64,000 bases of DNA from positions 62,001-126,000 of the IMG/VR virus record IMGVR_UViG_3300046559_001153. One strand, written 5' to 3'. This document shows positions 55,969-63,415 of the stretch, in pieces (position 1 is the first letter of the stretch; every line of letters begins with the position of its first letter). The notes under the pieces are model-generated. The model was given only the letters and a program-made list of their open reading frames with translations, was not told where the DNA came from and did no database searches. The position numbers and the translations under genes were made by a program.

Positions 55969-56380
55969 TGTCAAGAAGCACGCGAAGACCCCAGGCTGTG
56001 TTGTGTACATGGGCACATGGCTGGAGACGTTGCAACCGCGTGCCCTTGACGACGAAGAGCCGGAGGCGCTGGCCACGTGTTTTGCTTGTATGGCCGGGTC
56101 TGTGATGAAGCAGACGTTTGGTATGTCACGTCATGAAGACATCGAGATTATGACGTCTACGCTACCCGAAGACGACCGCCGCGCAGCCTGTGAATGGACG
56201 ACAGTTTTGGACCATTTGCGATGCGGGCAAGTTGACAAGGCACTGACTGCGCTGGGACGCGATAGCGGTAAGCGTCTGCCCGTGAAGAATCGCAAGACAC
56301 CCGTGTACTCCAAAAGTCCGGCTAAGTGGTTCAAGGCCATGGAAAAGCTTCACGCTGAACTCAAAGCCGCCAACATCTAA
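55892..56380 (+). CDS. Hypothetical protein, paralog family B member 2
   Basis: LHKLLEIGLRDVKKH...CFACMAGSV...LDHLRCGQV...WFKAMEKL.A.LKAANI. Confidence 0.75.
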   Translation: MATRKLTHQMMADLSLHKLLEIGLRDVKKHAKTPGCVVYMGTWLETLQPRALDDEEPEALATCFACMAGSVMKQTFGMSRHEDIEIMTSTLPEDDRRAACEWTTVLDHLRCGQVDKALTALGRDSGKRLPVKNRKTPVYSKSPAKWFKAMEKLHAELKAANI

Positions 56381-56393
56381 AAAGGAGCCGACA

Positions 56394-56840
56394 ATGCCCG
56401 AGACCAAACTGACCTGGCAGGAACTGAACACGTGGAAGCTGCACGAGCTGCTTGACTTGGCTCTGACCGATCTGAAGAAGCACGAGAATACGTCAGGCTG
56501 TGTCGTGAATATGTCCGTTTTCTTGTGGACCGGTGAAAGGCCTGGGGATAAATGCCAGGCTTGTCTGGCTGGAACTGTGTTACGACATTCGTTGGGACTG
56601 CTAAACCTGAGAGATTTGGTCAGCGGCGAGTCGCTTGATGTGCGGCAAGAGGCTCGCCGGTGGGTTTACGCAATCGATTACCTGCGGGCGGGCAGCGTGA
56701 GCCTGGCGCAAGAGGAGATGGATCGAGCAGAGCCGGCCGAGCCGATGGACCGAGTGGTTGTGGACTACCACGACGACCGCGACATGTGGCTCCACGACAT
56801 GACTCTGTTGCTGAGCGATCTTCGAGCGGCGAACCTTTAA
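56394..56840 (+). CDS. Hypothetical protein, paralog family B member 3
   Basis: KLHELLDLALTDLKKH...CQACLAGTV...IDYLRAGSV...LL.DLRAANL. Confidence 0.75.
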   Translation: MPETKLTWQELNTWKLHELLDLALTDLKKHENTSGCVVNMSVFLWTGERPGDKCQACLAGTVLRHSLGLLNLRDLVSGESLDVRQEARRWVYAIDYLRAGSVSLAQEEMDRAEPAEPMDRVVVDYHDDRDMWLHDMTLLLSDLRAANL

Positions 56841-56857
56841 TACCGAAGGAGAGGGAT

Positions 56858-57508
56858 ATGACCAGTAGCGATCGAGCGCGTGTGGGTTGTCTGCTGATAG
56901 CGTTGTTTGCGTTCATGGCGATCTACAGCGGTATCGCGTGGCACTGGTGGCATGACCCGGTCTCCCCATTCAAACCCGGAGACCGGGTCGTTCATCGGCA
57001 GAATCCCAAGGTCCGTGGCATATTCGTGGCCCTGGTCGTCGAGAACGGGATCCAGATGGCTTGTGTTTCGACAGACCGCGAAGCCATCTGGGAGACGGTC
57101 AATCCTTTCACCATTCCGTACGTTCAGAAGATGCCCGTGGTCCTATTGCGAAAGGAAGAACTGAGTGATAAACAACCAGATGTACGAGAGGGCCCGCCAG
57201 ACGCTCCAGGTCGCGACGGGGAACAACCAGAGCAGAATCACCCAAGACGCCTTCAACGACGGGTGGAAGTCCCTCCTGGAGTTCATGACGCGACCGCCGA
57301 CAATGCTGGCCAGAAAGAGAGACACGTACGAGGTCTTTTACTGGACTGGCGACAATGTCGTCGAGCTACACGCGTTCATGCGGGGCACGCTGCTGCCAAA
57401 GCATTTTCCACCCATGCAGTGGATCACTCGTCGCAGCAGCACCGACGAGATCAATTACTGGTCATCAGACGAATTCAACCATGTCTTCGAACTGATCGCC
57501 GAGCTTAA
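56858..57508 (+). CDS. Membrane-anchored hypothetical protein (C-terminal about 115 codons overlap next gene)
   Basis: AAGGAGAGG SD; TM helix then FKPGDRVVH; no stop at the junction with 57165. Confidence 0.5.
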   Translation: MTSSDRARVGCLLIALFAFMAIYSGIAWHWWHDPVSPFKPGDRVVHRQNPKVRGIFVALVVENGIQMACVSTDREAIWETVNPFTIPYVQKMPVVLLRKEELSDKQPDVREGPPDAPGRDGEQPEQNHPRRLQRRVEVPPGVHDATADNAGQKERHVRGLLLDWRQCRRATRVHAGHAAAKAFSTHAVDHSSQQHRRDQLLVIRRIQPCLRTDRRA

Positions 57509-57572
57509 ACCACTGGAAGAAGACGACGCTTCGGCATCGAAACCGCGGTCTGTAGGGGAGGGAACACATTGA
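57165..57572 (+). CDS. Hypothetical protein
   Basis: GAAAGGA SD then GTG. Confidence 0.65.
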   Translation: MINNQMYERARQTLQVATGNNQSRITQDAFNDGWKSLLEFMTRPPTMLARKRDTYEVFYWTGDNVVELHAFMRGTLLPKHFPPMQWITRRSSTDEINYWSSDEFNHVFELIAELKPLEEDDASASKPRSVGEGTH

Positions 57573-57922
57573 TGAAACGAATTGACCCAAGTCTGATTCC
57601 CGATCTGTACGTCAAACACCAGCTGACTCCGGAGCAGGGAACGACACTAAAAAAGGACGAGGGCAAAGCCTGTCTGTTGGGGCTGCTGTACGTCGACGAG
57701 TGTTCGCCGGTGATACTTAATGACCCGGGTTTTGTTATTGCAATCGCCCAGCTGGCGAGGCGCGGGTATGACCCAGAGTACCTGCGGGGTTTGATGACTG
57801 GTTTTGATGGTCGCCGTCTGAAAATTGACGAGGACGAGTCTGAATACGTGATTGACGGATTCGAAGATGGCCGAACTGCCGTTAAGCTCCTAATTGCGAA
57901 AGGGATGGAATGGTTGAGATGA
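57569..57922 (+). CDS. Hypothetical protein, paralog family C member 2
   Basis: RIDPSLIPDL...CLLGLL...YLRGLMTGFDG. Confidence 0.7.
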   Translation: MMKRIDPSLIPDLYVKHQLTPEQGTTLKKDEGKACLLGLLYVDECSPVILNDPGFVIAIAQLARRGYDPEYLRGLMTGFDGRRLKIDEDESEYVIDGFEDGRTAVKLLIAKGMEWLR

Positions 57923-58320
57923 CCGAGAGAGACGAGGCCATCCGTGGGATTGCTGTCAGCGTGTTCAAGCAGCACGACCTGTACACGCTGCACAGCCAGG
58001 TGATTGTGCATGGCAAGTCTATTCGCTTGGAGCTGTTTCCTCACGCGGTACGACATCAGCTGAGTGCCTTGTCGTTGGAGCTCGCGCCCGAGCTGAGGAT
58101 GTACCTCTTGGGGATTTACCTGCCGGAAGAGTGGTGGGGGATGGGCTTCGGTCAACAGTTGTACGACCTGGCTTGTGAGCTGGCGTCCGAGCTGGTGCTG
58201 GAAGACGTAGTGCAGTATCCGGTAGGGAAGACGGCTCGCGGAGAGCTGCGGCGAGATTACCTGCTTCGCCGCGGGTGGATGCCGTGTGAGGATGATCAAG
58301 TCCGCCGGTTTGTAATCTGA
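57910..58320 (+). CDS. GNAT-family acetyltransferase-like protein
   Basis: LLGIYLPEEWWGMGFGQQLY resembles acetyl-CoA-binding motif A; ...YLLRRGW. Confidence 0.55.
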   Translation: MVEMTERDEAIRGIAVSVFKQHDLYTLHSQVIVHGKSIRLELFPHAVRHQLSALSLELAPELRMYLLGIYLPEEWWGMGFGQQLYDLACELASELVLEDVVQYPVGKTARGELRRDYLLRRGWMPCEDDQVRRFVI

Positions 58321-58328
58321 CCGGCGGT

Positions 58329-58346
58329 TACCTTTTTAACAAGTTA
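58329..58346. promoter_or_regulatory. 18-bp palindromic motif copy 7 (TACCTTTTTAACAAGTTA)
   Basis: Intergenic, follows GC hairpin 58302-58327, precedes GAAAGG SD. Confidence 0.6.
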
Positions 58347-58366
58347 CAGAAAGGGACGGTGCGACG

Positions 58367-58774
58367 ATGTCTACAAATGGGACGGAAAAGCAGAGCGTGA
58401 TCACACTGGCTGGAGGCTTCGCTGCCTGGCTGACAACAGACGAGGTTAACGCCTGGCACGGGTTTTTGAGTGAACAAGAGCTCTGGAAGGAGTACTGTAA
58501 GGCTGACGCGCAGACTGAGGCGCTGAGTTTCATTTTTCAGGGCCACAACCCGCTGGGATATTCGGCGTTGGACTATGTGGTCGCTCAAGACAACGTTCAA
58601 CGGTTGGCTGACGAGCTTTTCAAGGTCGGCAAGGCCTGGTACGAAGAACACATTCTTCCGACCAGGCGTGACGAGAACACCGACAGGCAGCAGACGGTTG
58701 CCGATCTGGTCGACCAGCTTCTGAATGCAAAGCCGGTTCTTGATAAGCACAACGAGGCAACGGACGGGTCGTAG
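58367..58774 (+). CDS. Hypothetical protein
   Basis: GAAAGGG SD. Confidence 0.65.
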   Translation: MSTNGTEKQSVITLAGGFAAWLTTDEVNAWHGFLSEQELWKEYCKADAQTEALSFIFQGHNPLGYSALDYVVAQDNVQRLADELFKVGKAWYEEHILPTRRDENTDRQQTVADLVDQLLNAKPVLDKHNEATDGS

Positions 58775-58776
58775 GC

Positions 58777-58971
58777 ATGAAAAACGTTCGACCTTTGACG
58801 CCGGATGAAATGGCGGCCATACCGGCTATTCAGGCCATAGTCGGCGGTGGAGACTTTGGCTACTGCATGGACTGTGATGGTCTGCGAACAATCGCGGGTG
58901 GAAAGTGTTCCGGTTGTCAGAGGCCATTAGCTAAGGCAATACCACCAGGAGGAGACAACCATCTTGATTGA
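58777..58971 (+). CDS. Small Zn-finger-like protein
   Basis: CMDC ... CSGC. Confidence 0.6.
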   Translation: MKNVRPLTPDEMAAIPAIQAIVGGGDFGYCMDCDGLRTIAGGKCSGCQRPLAKAIPPGGDNHLD

Positions 58972-59191
58972 CAATGCTGACCGTGACGAGATCGATGCGC
59001 AGATCCATGAAATTGCGCATCGATCTCTAATTGAAATGCACACCGCGGGTATCATGGACAGTCTGGCCAAAGTCGAGTTCAGCGTTCGAGAGAATCTGAT
59101 TCGACAGGTGCTCTCAGCGATTAAAGAAGAGTACTGCCTGCATTGCGGGTCGGATTCGGGTTCTTCGTGCCCCTGTCAAAACGACGATTGA
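58964..59191 (+). CDS. Hypothetical protein
   Basis: AGGAGG SD, TTG start; C-terminal YCLHCG...C.C.ND. Confidence 0.6.
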   Translation: MIDNADRDEIDAQIHEIAHRSLIEMHTAGIMDSLAKVEFSVRENLIRQVLSAIKEEYCLHCGSDSGSSCPCQNDD

Positions 59192-59203
59192 AAGGAGAGT
59201 TCA

Positions 59204-59524
59204 ATGAGTGATAAATTTGCTAACGATTTCATCCGTTGTCCACGCTGTCCACAGCCATCTAGTCGAGCCGGGCACAAGATCGGACCTACGCTGGTCTGTG
59301 TTGCACGCAATTACAGCGGTTGCAGTGTGGACATTGCTCAGTGCCCGGAATGCGGTAAGGCGTGGGAGATCAGCTACAAGGTGGCCGATATGACTCGAGT
59401 GCCGTCCTGGGATGGGCTAACTCGTCAACAACAGGAAGCAGCAGAGGCTGAGCAGAAAGAGCGCGATAAGCTCACGCGAAAGGTGGCGTTTGAAAAGTTG
59501 AAGACCGAGTTTGATCCGGATTAA
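59204..59524 (+). CDS. Zn-ribbon protein
   Basis: CPRC ... CPECGK. Confidence 0.65.
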   Translation: MSDKFANDFIRCPRCPQPSSRAGHKIGPTLVCVARNYSGCSVDIAQCPECGKAWEISYKVADMTRVPSWDGLTRQQQEAAEAEQKERDKLTRKVAFEKLKTEFDPD

Positions 59525-59584
59525 CCACTGACTGGCGGAGTGTAACCGAAGAACCTGGTCACTTTTTCTTCAAGAAAGGACATT

Positions 59585-60028
59585 ATGAGCGAAGGAACAA
59601 CCGTACATCCCGAACTGATGACCAAGCTGCACGAGCTGTTGGAACTAGCTCTGCACGACATGGAACTGTTCGAGCAACAGCCGGACTGCCACGTAGACAT
59701 GGATACCTGGCTTCGCCCTGGGTGGCCTGACGAGGGTGAGAATCCGAAGCACTGTTATGCTTGCTTGGCCGGCACGGTATGGCGAATGACGCTCGGGCTG
59801 GAAGACACACCATCCGCCACGGCTCCGAACTGGGCCAATGCCCTGAATCAGTTGCGATATGGTCGTGTCTCTGACGCCTACTTTTATCTTCCTGGTTGGG
59901 AAAAGGACGAAAACGACCGGGATGTCAGATACCTTAACAGAATCGTTTGGGATTACCATTCGTCACGGGTGCACTGGTGGAAGGCCATGAGGAAGCTGCT
60001 GGCCGATTTGAAAGAAGCCGACGTCTAA
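59585..60028 (+). CDS. Hypothetical protein, paralog family B member 4
   Basis: KLHELLELALHDM...CYACLAGTV...LNQLRYGRV...WWKAMRKLLADLKEADV. Confidence 0.75.
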   Translation: MSEGTTVHPELMTKLHELLELALHDMELFEQQPDCHVDMDTWLRPGWPDEGENPKHCYACLAGTVWRMTLGLEDTPSATAPNWANALNQLRYGRVSDAYFYLPGWEKDENDRDVRYLNRIVWDYHSSRVHWWKAMRKLLADLKEADV

Positions 60029-60042
60029 AAGAAAGAATCGTG

Positions 60043-61113
60043 ATGCAGTACAAAACTCTTGAAGAATTAGAAAAGCGGTTGAGTGAAGCGATTAACGATC
60101 CCCGGTCGTTGTTTGGCGCCGGGGATGATGTCGACACAACGCTGCAACGGATCCAGATCTTCTGCCATCCGGACAAGCATCCCTACCGTCGAGAGACGGC
60201 GACCAGGCTATTCGTCCTGGCTGGTCAACTGGCTGACAAGGCCCGCGGACCGGCCATGACAGTTACATCGCCCACCCGAGCGTACACGGTGGAACGGCGC
60301 CTGGCCTCAGGAGACGTGGCTGACGTCTACGTGGCGACAGGCAGGGACATCGTCAAACCTGTCGCCACCGTGACCAGGAACCGCATCCTGCTGCGTCCTG
60401 GGGTGTCGGAGCCCGATCAGACCTACACGATCAAGGTCAGCCGCATTCAGGGCGCCGAGGCCCTTCTGGACCGCGAGCAGAAGGTCCTGCTGGCGATTGA
60501 GAAGGCGGCGATCGATAAGAACCTGGACAACATGCGGTCCTATTACCCGACGTTGGTCGAGTCGTTCCCGGCCAAACAGCGGTTCCAGCGGCGGGTCAAC
60601 GTGTTCGTCCACCAGCCGGGCATGTTCACGTTCGAGCAGGTGGCTGATAAGCACCATCGTCTGGATGCCAGGCACAGTGTGTGGATCTTTAAGCGGTTGC
60701 TGACAGCCCTGGCGTTCGCCCACCAGCAGGGCATTGTCCATTCTGCCATCACGCCCGAGCACGTTATGATCAGGCCTGAGAATCACCAGGTCCAGATTAT
60801 TGGCTGGGGCCAGTCGGTTGCCGTGGGGCAGCCTATCAAGAGCTACCCGCTTAAGTACAAGCCGTACTACCCGGATGAGGCGTTCGCGAAGAGGCCGACC
60901 CACTCGGGGGCTGACATTCACATGGCGGCGTTCCTCGTCAGCCGGTGGACGGCATTTAAGGCGTCAGAAGAGTCGCTACGGATGTTTTTCAACGGCTGCA
61001 GGTGCGAAGGCCAGTGGCAGCGGCCGGTTGACGGGTTTGAGCTGTACGACGAGTTCGATCGCCTGGCTAAGCGTGTGTACGGGGATCCCAAATTCGTAGA
61101 ACTGAAAATGTGA
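60043..61113 (+). CDS. J-domain (HPD) / protein kinase-like fusion with degenerate catalytic motifs
   Basis: FCHPDKH...AT.LF; LASGDVADVY, IKVSR, RE.KVL, LAFAHQQGIVHSAITPEHVMI (HRD to HSA), IIGWG (DFG to GWG). Confidence 0.8.
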   Translation: MQYKTLEELEKRLSEAINDPRSLFGAGDDVDTTLQRIQIFCHPDKHPYRRETATRLFVLAGQLADKARGPAMTVTSPTRAYTVERRLASGDVADVYVATGRDIVKPVATVTRNRILLRPGVSEPDQTYTIKVSRIQGAEALLDREQKVLLAIEKAAIDKNLDNMRSYYPTLVESFPAKQRFQRRVNVFVHQPGMFTFEQVADKHHRLDARHSVWIFKRLLTALAFAHQQGIVHSAITPEHVMIRPENHQVQIIGWGQSVAVGQPIKSYPLKYKPYYPDEAFAKRPTHSGADIHMAAFLVSRWTAFKASEESLRMFFNGCRCEGQWQRPVDGFELYDEFDRLAKRVYGDPKFVELKM

Positions 61114-61117
61114 GACC

Positions 61118-61462
61118 ATGACTGAAATCTCGAATTCTCTGCAGTTGAAGATCATTGAAGCCGGTCTCATAGCTATCGTGAGCAAGGGCGGCAAACAAAT
61201 TCAACTGCGGGGCAACGGACGGACAATCACTGTGTTCCCGGATGGTGGCCGGGCCGGTCCATCGGTTTACGTCGGTGGCGTGACAGGCAGGTATCCAGGC
61301 ACTAAAAACATGACCGAGGAACAGGCTCTGGCTTTGGCGATCGAACTGGGCAGTGCTCGATGTACGGCGGCAAAGAAGCCAGTGTCTGGGAACTCGCTGG
61401 ACGAGATCAACGCAGAGCTGGCTATGGAACGGAATCGAAAAGATGAGGATCGCAAACAGTAG
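61118..61462 (+). CDS. Hypothetical protein
   Basis: ORF in array. Confidence 0.6.
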   Translation: MTEISNSLQLKIIEAGLIAIVSKGGKQIQLRGNGRTITVFPDGGRAGPSVYVGGVTGRYPGTKNMTEEQALALAIELGSARCTAAKKPVSGNSLDEINAELAMERNRKDEDRKQ

Positions 61463-61514
61463 GACCAATTGATAAGTATGAAGTCATCCGCGTACAGCGA
61501 GCAGGAGAAACGAT

Positions 61515-61892
61515 ATGACCGAATCGAAAGACGATATGTCTCTACTTGATCTTCTCAGAACGCCTGTCTCTGAGATTGAAAAAGCCGAAATTGCTGAAGT
61601 AATCGCAGCGGCAATGACCCACCCGGACGGTTCGAAAAACATGACAGCCTTGGCTATCCGCAGGCTCATGTTCCAGCATGGAGAACTCCAACAGCAACTC
61701 GCAGCCGTGACGAGAGAGCGTGACGATGCGGTTGCTGCTTATCGCGTCCTGGAAGCAGAAGGCAACAGGTGCATCGACGAATATATTTCTGGCAAGCTGA
61801 CGCAGTTGCGGGTCTGGTCAGACCGAATGGCGACGGCAATTGCCAAATCCCGCAACTCCCTGCCAGCCCCGACCGACAGGAGCGGAGCGTAA
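61515..61892 (+). CDS. Hypothetical coiled-coil protein
   Basis: AGGAGA SD; LQQQLAAVTRERDDA. Confidence 0.65.
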   Translation: MTESKDDMSLLDLLRTPVSEIEKAEIAEVIAAAMTHPDGSKNMTALAIRRLMFQHGELQQQLAAVTRERDDAVAAYRVLEAEGNRCIDEYISGKLTQLRVWSDRMATAIAKSRNSLPAPTDRSGA

Positions 61893-62039
61893 AGATGGGC
61901 ATAGCCTTTTTGAACATCTTTGGGAACTGGCGTGTACCGGATGGAAGGCTTTGCACTTTAATTGCCGACACATGGCCAGTTTTTAGCGACACCACTGTTT
62001 CCGATCTGATGTTGGCAGGATTTTGAGACCAACAATCGC

Positions 62040-62057
62040 GTTGACTGACCACTGACC
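62040..62057. repeat. 18-bp direct repeat, left copy (GTTGACTGACCACTGACC)
   Basis: Identical to 62733-62750. Confidence 0.85.
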
Positions 62058-62072
62058 ACGAAAGGAACCACC

Positions 62073-62741
62073 ATGGCAATCCGAAATGAAAACGGAATCC
62101 TGTATGATGACAGAAACAACTCCGCGAGCATTGAGTATTGGGGCAGCGAGGAAGCGGCGCGAAAGGCGCTAGAGTCATTGGTGAACTGCTCCGACTGCTC
62201 CCGCTGCTCCGGCTGCTCCGACTGCTCCCGCTGCTCCGGCTGCTCCGACTGCTCCCGCTGCTCCGACTGCTCCCGCTGCTCCGACTGCTCCCGCTGCTCC
62301 GACTGCTCCGACTGCTCCCGCTGCTCCGACTGCTCCCGCTGCTCCGACTGCTCCGGCTGCTCCGACTGCTCCCGCTGCTCCGACTGCTCCCGCTGCTACG
62401 ACTGCTCCCGCTGCTCCGGCTGCTCCCGCATAGTGCCTCAAAAAGTCACTATTGAAATTCCATTTATCACCGAAATCCACAAGACAATCTATGCCGCAGT
62501 CTCACAGCCAAAAGCTCTGAACATGAGCGACTGGCACACGTGCGAGACGACGCATTGCCGGGCTGGATGGGTCGTGACGCTCGCGGGCGAGGCGGGTAAG
62601 AAATTGGAGAAACAAACGTCGCCACTGTTCGCAGCCCAACAAATCTACAAAGCCAGCGGGTATGAGATTTCGCCTGTGCGGTTCTTCGACTCGAACGAGG
62701 AAGCGATGGCCGATATGAAGCGTCTGGCGGAAGTTGACTGA
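62073..62741 (+). CDS. (Cys-Ser-X)27 repeat protein with C-terminal WH-C-x2-HC-x-AGW domain
   Basis: GAAAGGA SD; CSDCSRCSG... then ALNMSDWHTCETTHCRAGW. Confidence 0.8.
   Translation: MAIRNENGILYDDRNNSASIEYWGSEEAARKALESLVNCSDCSRCSGCSDCSRCSGCSDCSRCSDCSRCSDCSRCSDCSDCSRCSDCSRCSDCSGCSDCSRCSDCSRCYDCSRCSGCSRIVPQKVTIEIPFITEIHKTIYAAVSQPKALNMSDWHTCETTHCRAGWVVTLAGEAGKKLEKQTSPLFAAQQIYKASGYEISPVRFFDSNEEAMADMKRLAEVD
62187..62429. repeat. 9-bp tandem repeat, 27 units (TGCTCC-GAC/CGC/GGC)
   Basis: Counted unit by unit; one TGCTACGAC variant. Confidence 0.95.
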
Positions 62742-62750
62742 CCACTGACC
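62733..62750. repeat. 18-bp direct repeat, right copy
   Basis: Identical to 62040-62057; overlaps the stop region of the 62073 gene. Confidence 0.85.
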
Positions 62751-62769
62751 CGAGAGAGGAGAGAGGGAT

Positions 62770-62946
62770 ATGCTCCAGAAAATTGAAATCGAAGACGTCA
62801 GCGATTGCGAATCGTGCACCGCCCGCCATAAGGGGATACTGGAGTTTCTGGCTACAACGAAAGCGAAAGTCTTGACGGACGTGATTTGCAGCGAATGCGG
62901 GCGCGAGACTCATATATTTGTGGCCGACGAAAGCGAAAGGGGATGA
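62770..62946 (+). CDS. Small Zn-binding protein (58 aa)
   Basis: CESC ... CSECG; GAGGG SD; ATGA coupling. Confidence 0.55.
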   Translation: MLQKIEIEDVSDCESCTARHKGILEFLATTKAKVLTDVICSECGRETHIFVADESERG

Positions 62947-63167
62947 CGATGATTCTTTACCCAGTTGGCATATTCTTCATGCGTCGCCGCTCTGACGGCA
63001 AACTCTATCGCGGCGCGAAGTTCTGGCGTTGGACAAAATCGTGGCGACGGGCGGCCGCGTTACCAGAGTGGCATTGGATTGCCTTTGCATTGAATAAATA
63101 TCCCGACTCGGAACTTGTGACGCTCGAGCAATTGATTGACGAAGAATCGACCACGAAAGGGGGATGA
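62943..63167 (+). CDS. Hypothetical protein
   Basis: GAAAGGGG SD. Confidence 0.55.
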   Translation: MTMILYPVGIFFMRRRSDGKLYRGAKFWRWTKSWRRAAALPEWHWIAFALNKYPDSELVTLEQLIDEESTTKGG

Positions 63168-63415
63168 CGATGGTGGCGACTAAAGACAAGCCGTGTGGCA
63201 ATCCGATGTGTGGAGTATCGACCGGGATTCATGGCGGCCTGACTTTCGGCAGCGGAGAATTGGACGAGTATGGCTTCTGGCAAGTACCGTGTTGTGCCTG
63301 CGCGAGAGCACACGAGAAATCGCAGCCGCAGGATGGTAACTGCTGGCCATTTACGAACGAACAACTATGGGGTACCGCCCAGACTATGAAAGGAATGACC
63401 GATGCCGATGAATGA
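63164..63415 (+). CDS. Small Cys-rich protein
   Basis: CG..C..STGIH.GLTFG.G.LD..GFW..PC..CAR.HE...CWP. Confidence 0.65.
   Translation: MTMVATKDKPCGNPMCGVSTGIHGGLTFGSGELDEYGFWQVPCCACARAHEKSQPQDGNCWPFTNEQLWGTAQTMKGMTDADE

Noticed and set aside
62187-62429. Possible CRISPR array or non-coding satellite
   Set aside because: Units are 9 bp with no unique spacers and lie in frame within a gene with SD and sensible flanking domains
62138-62480. Alternative-frame ORFs (LLRLLPLL... on +, AGAVG... on -)
   Set aside because: Artifacts of the 9-bp repeat having no stops in other frames; no SD support
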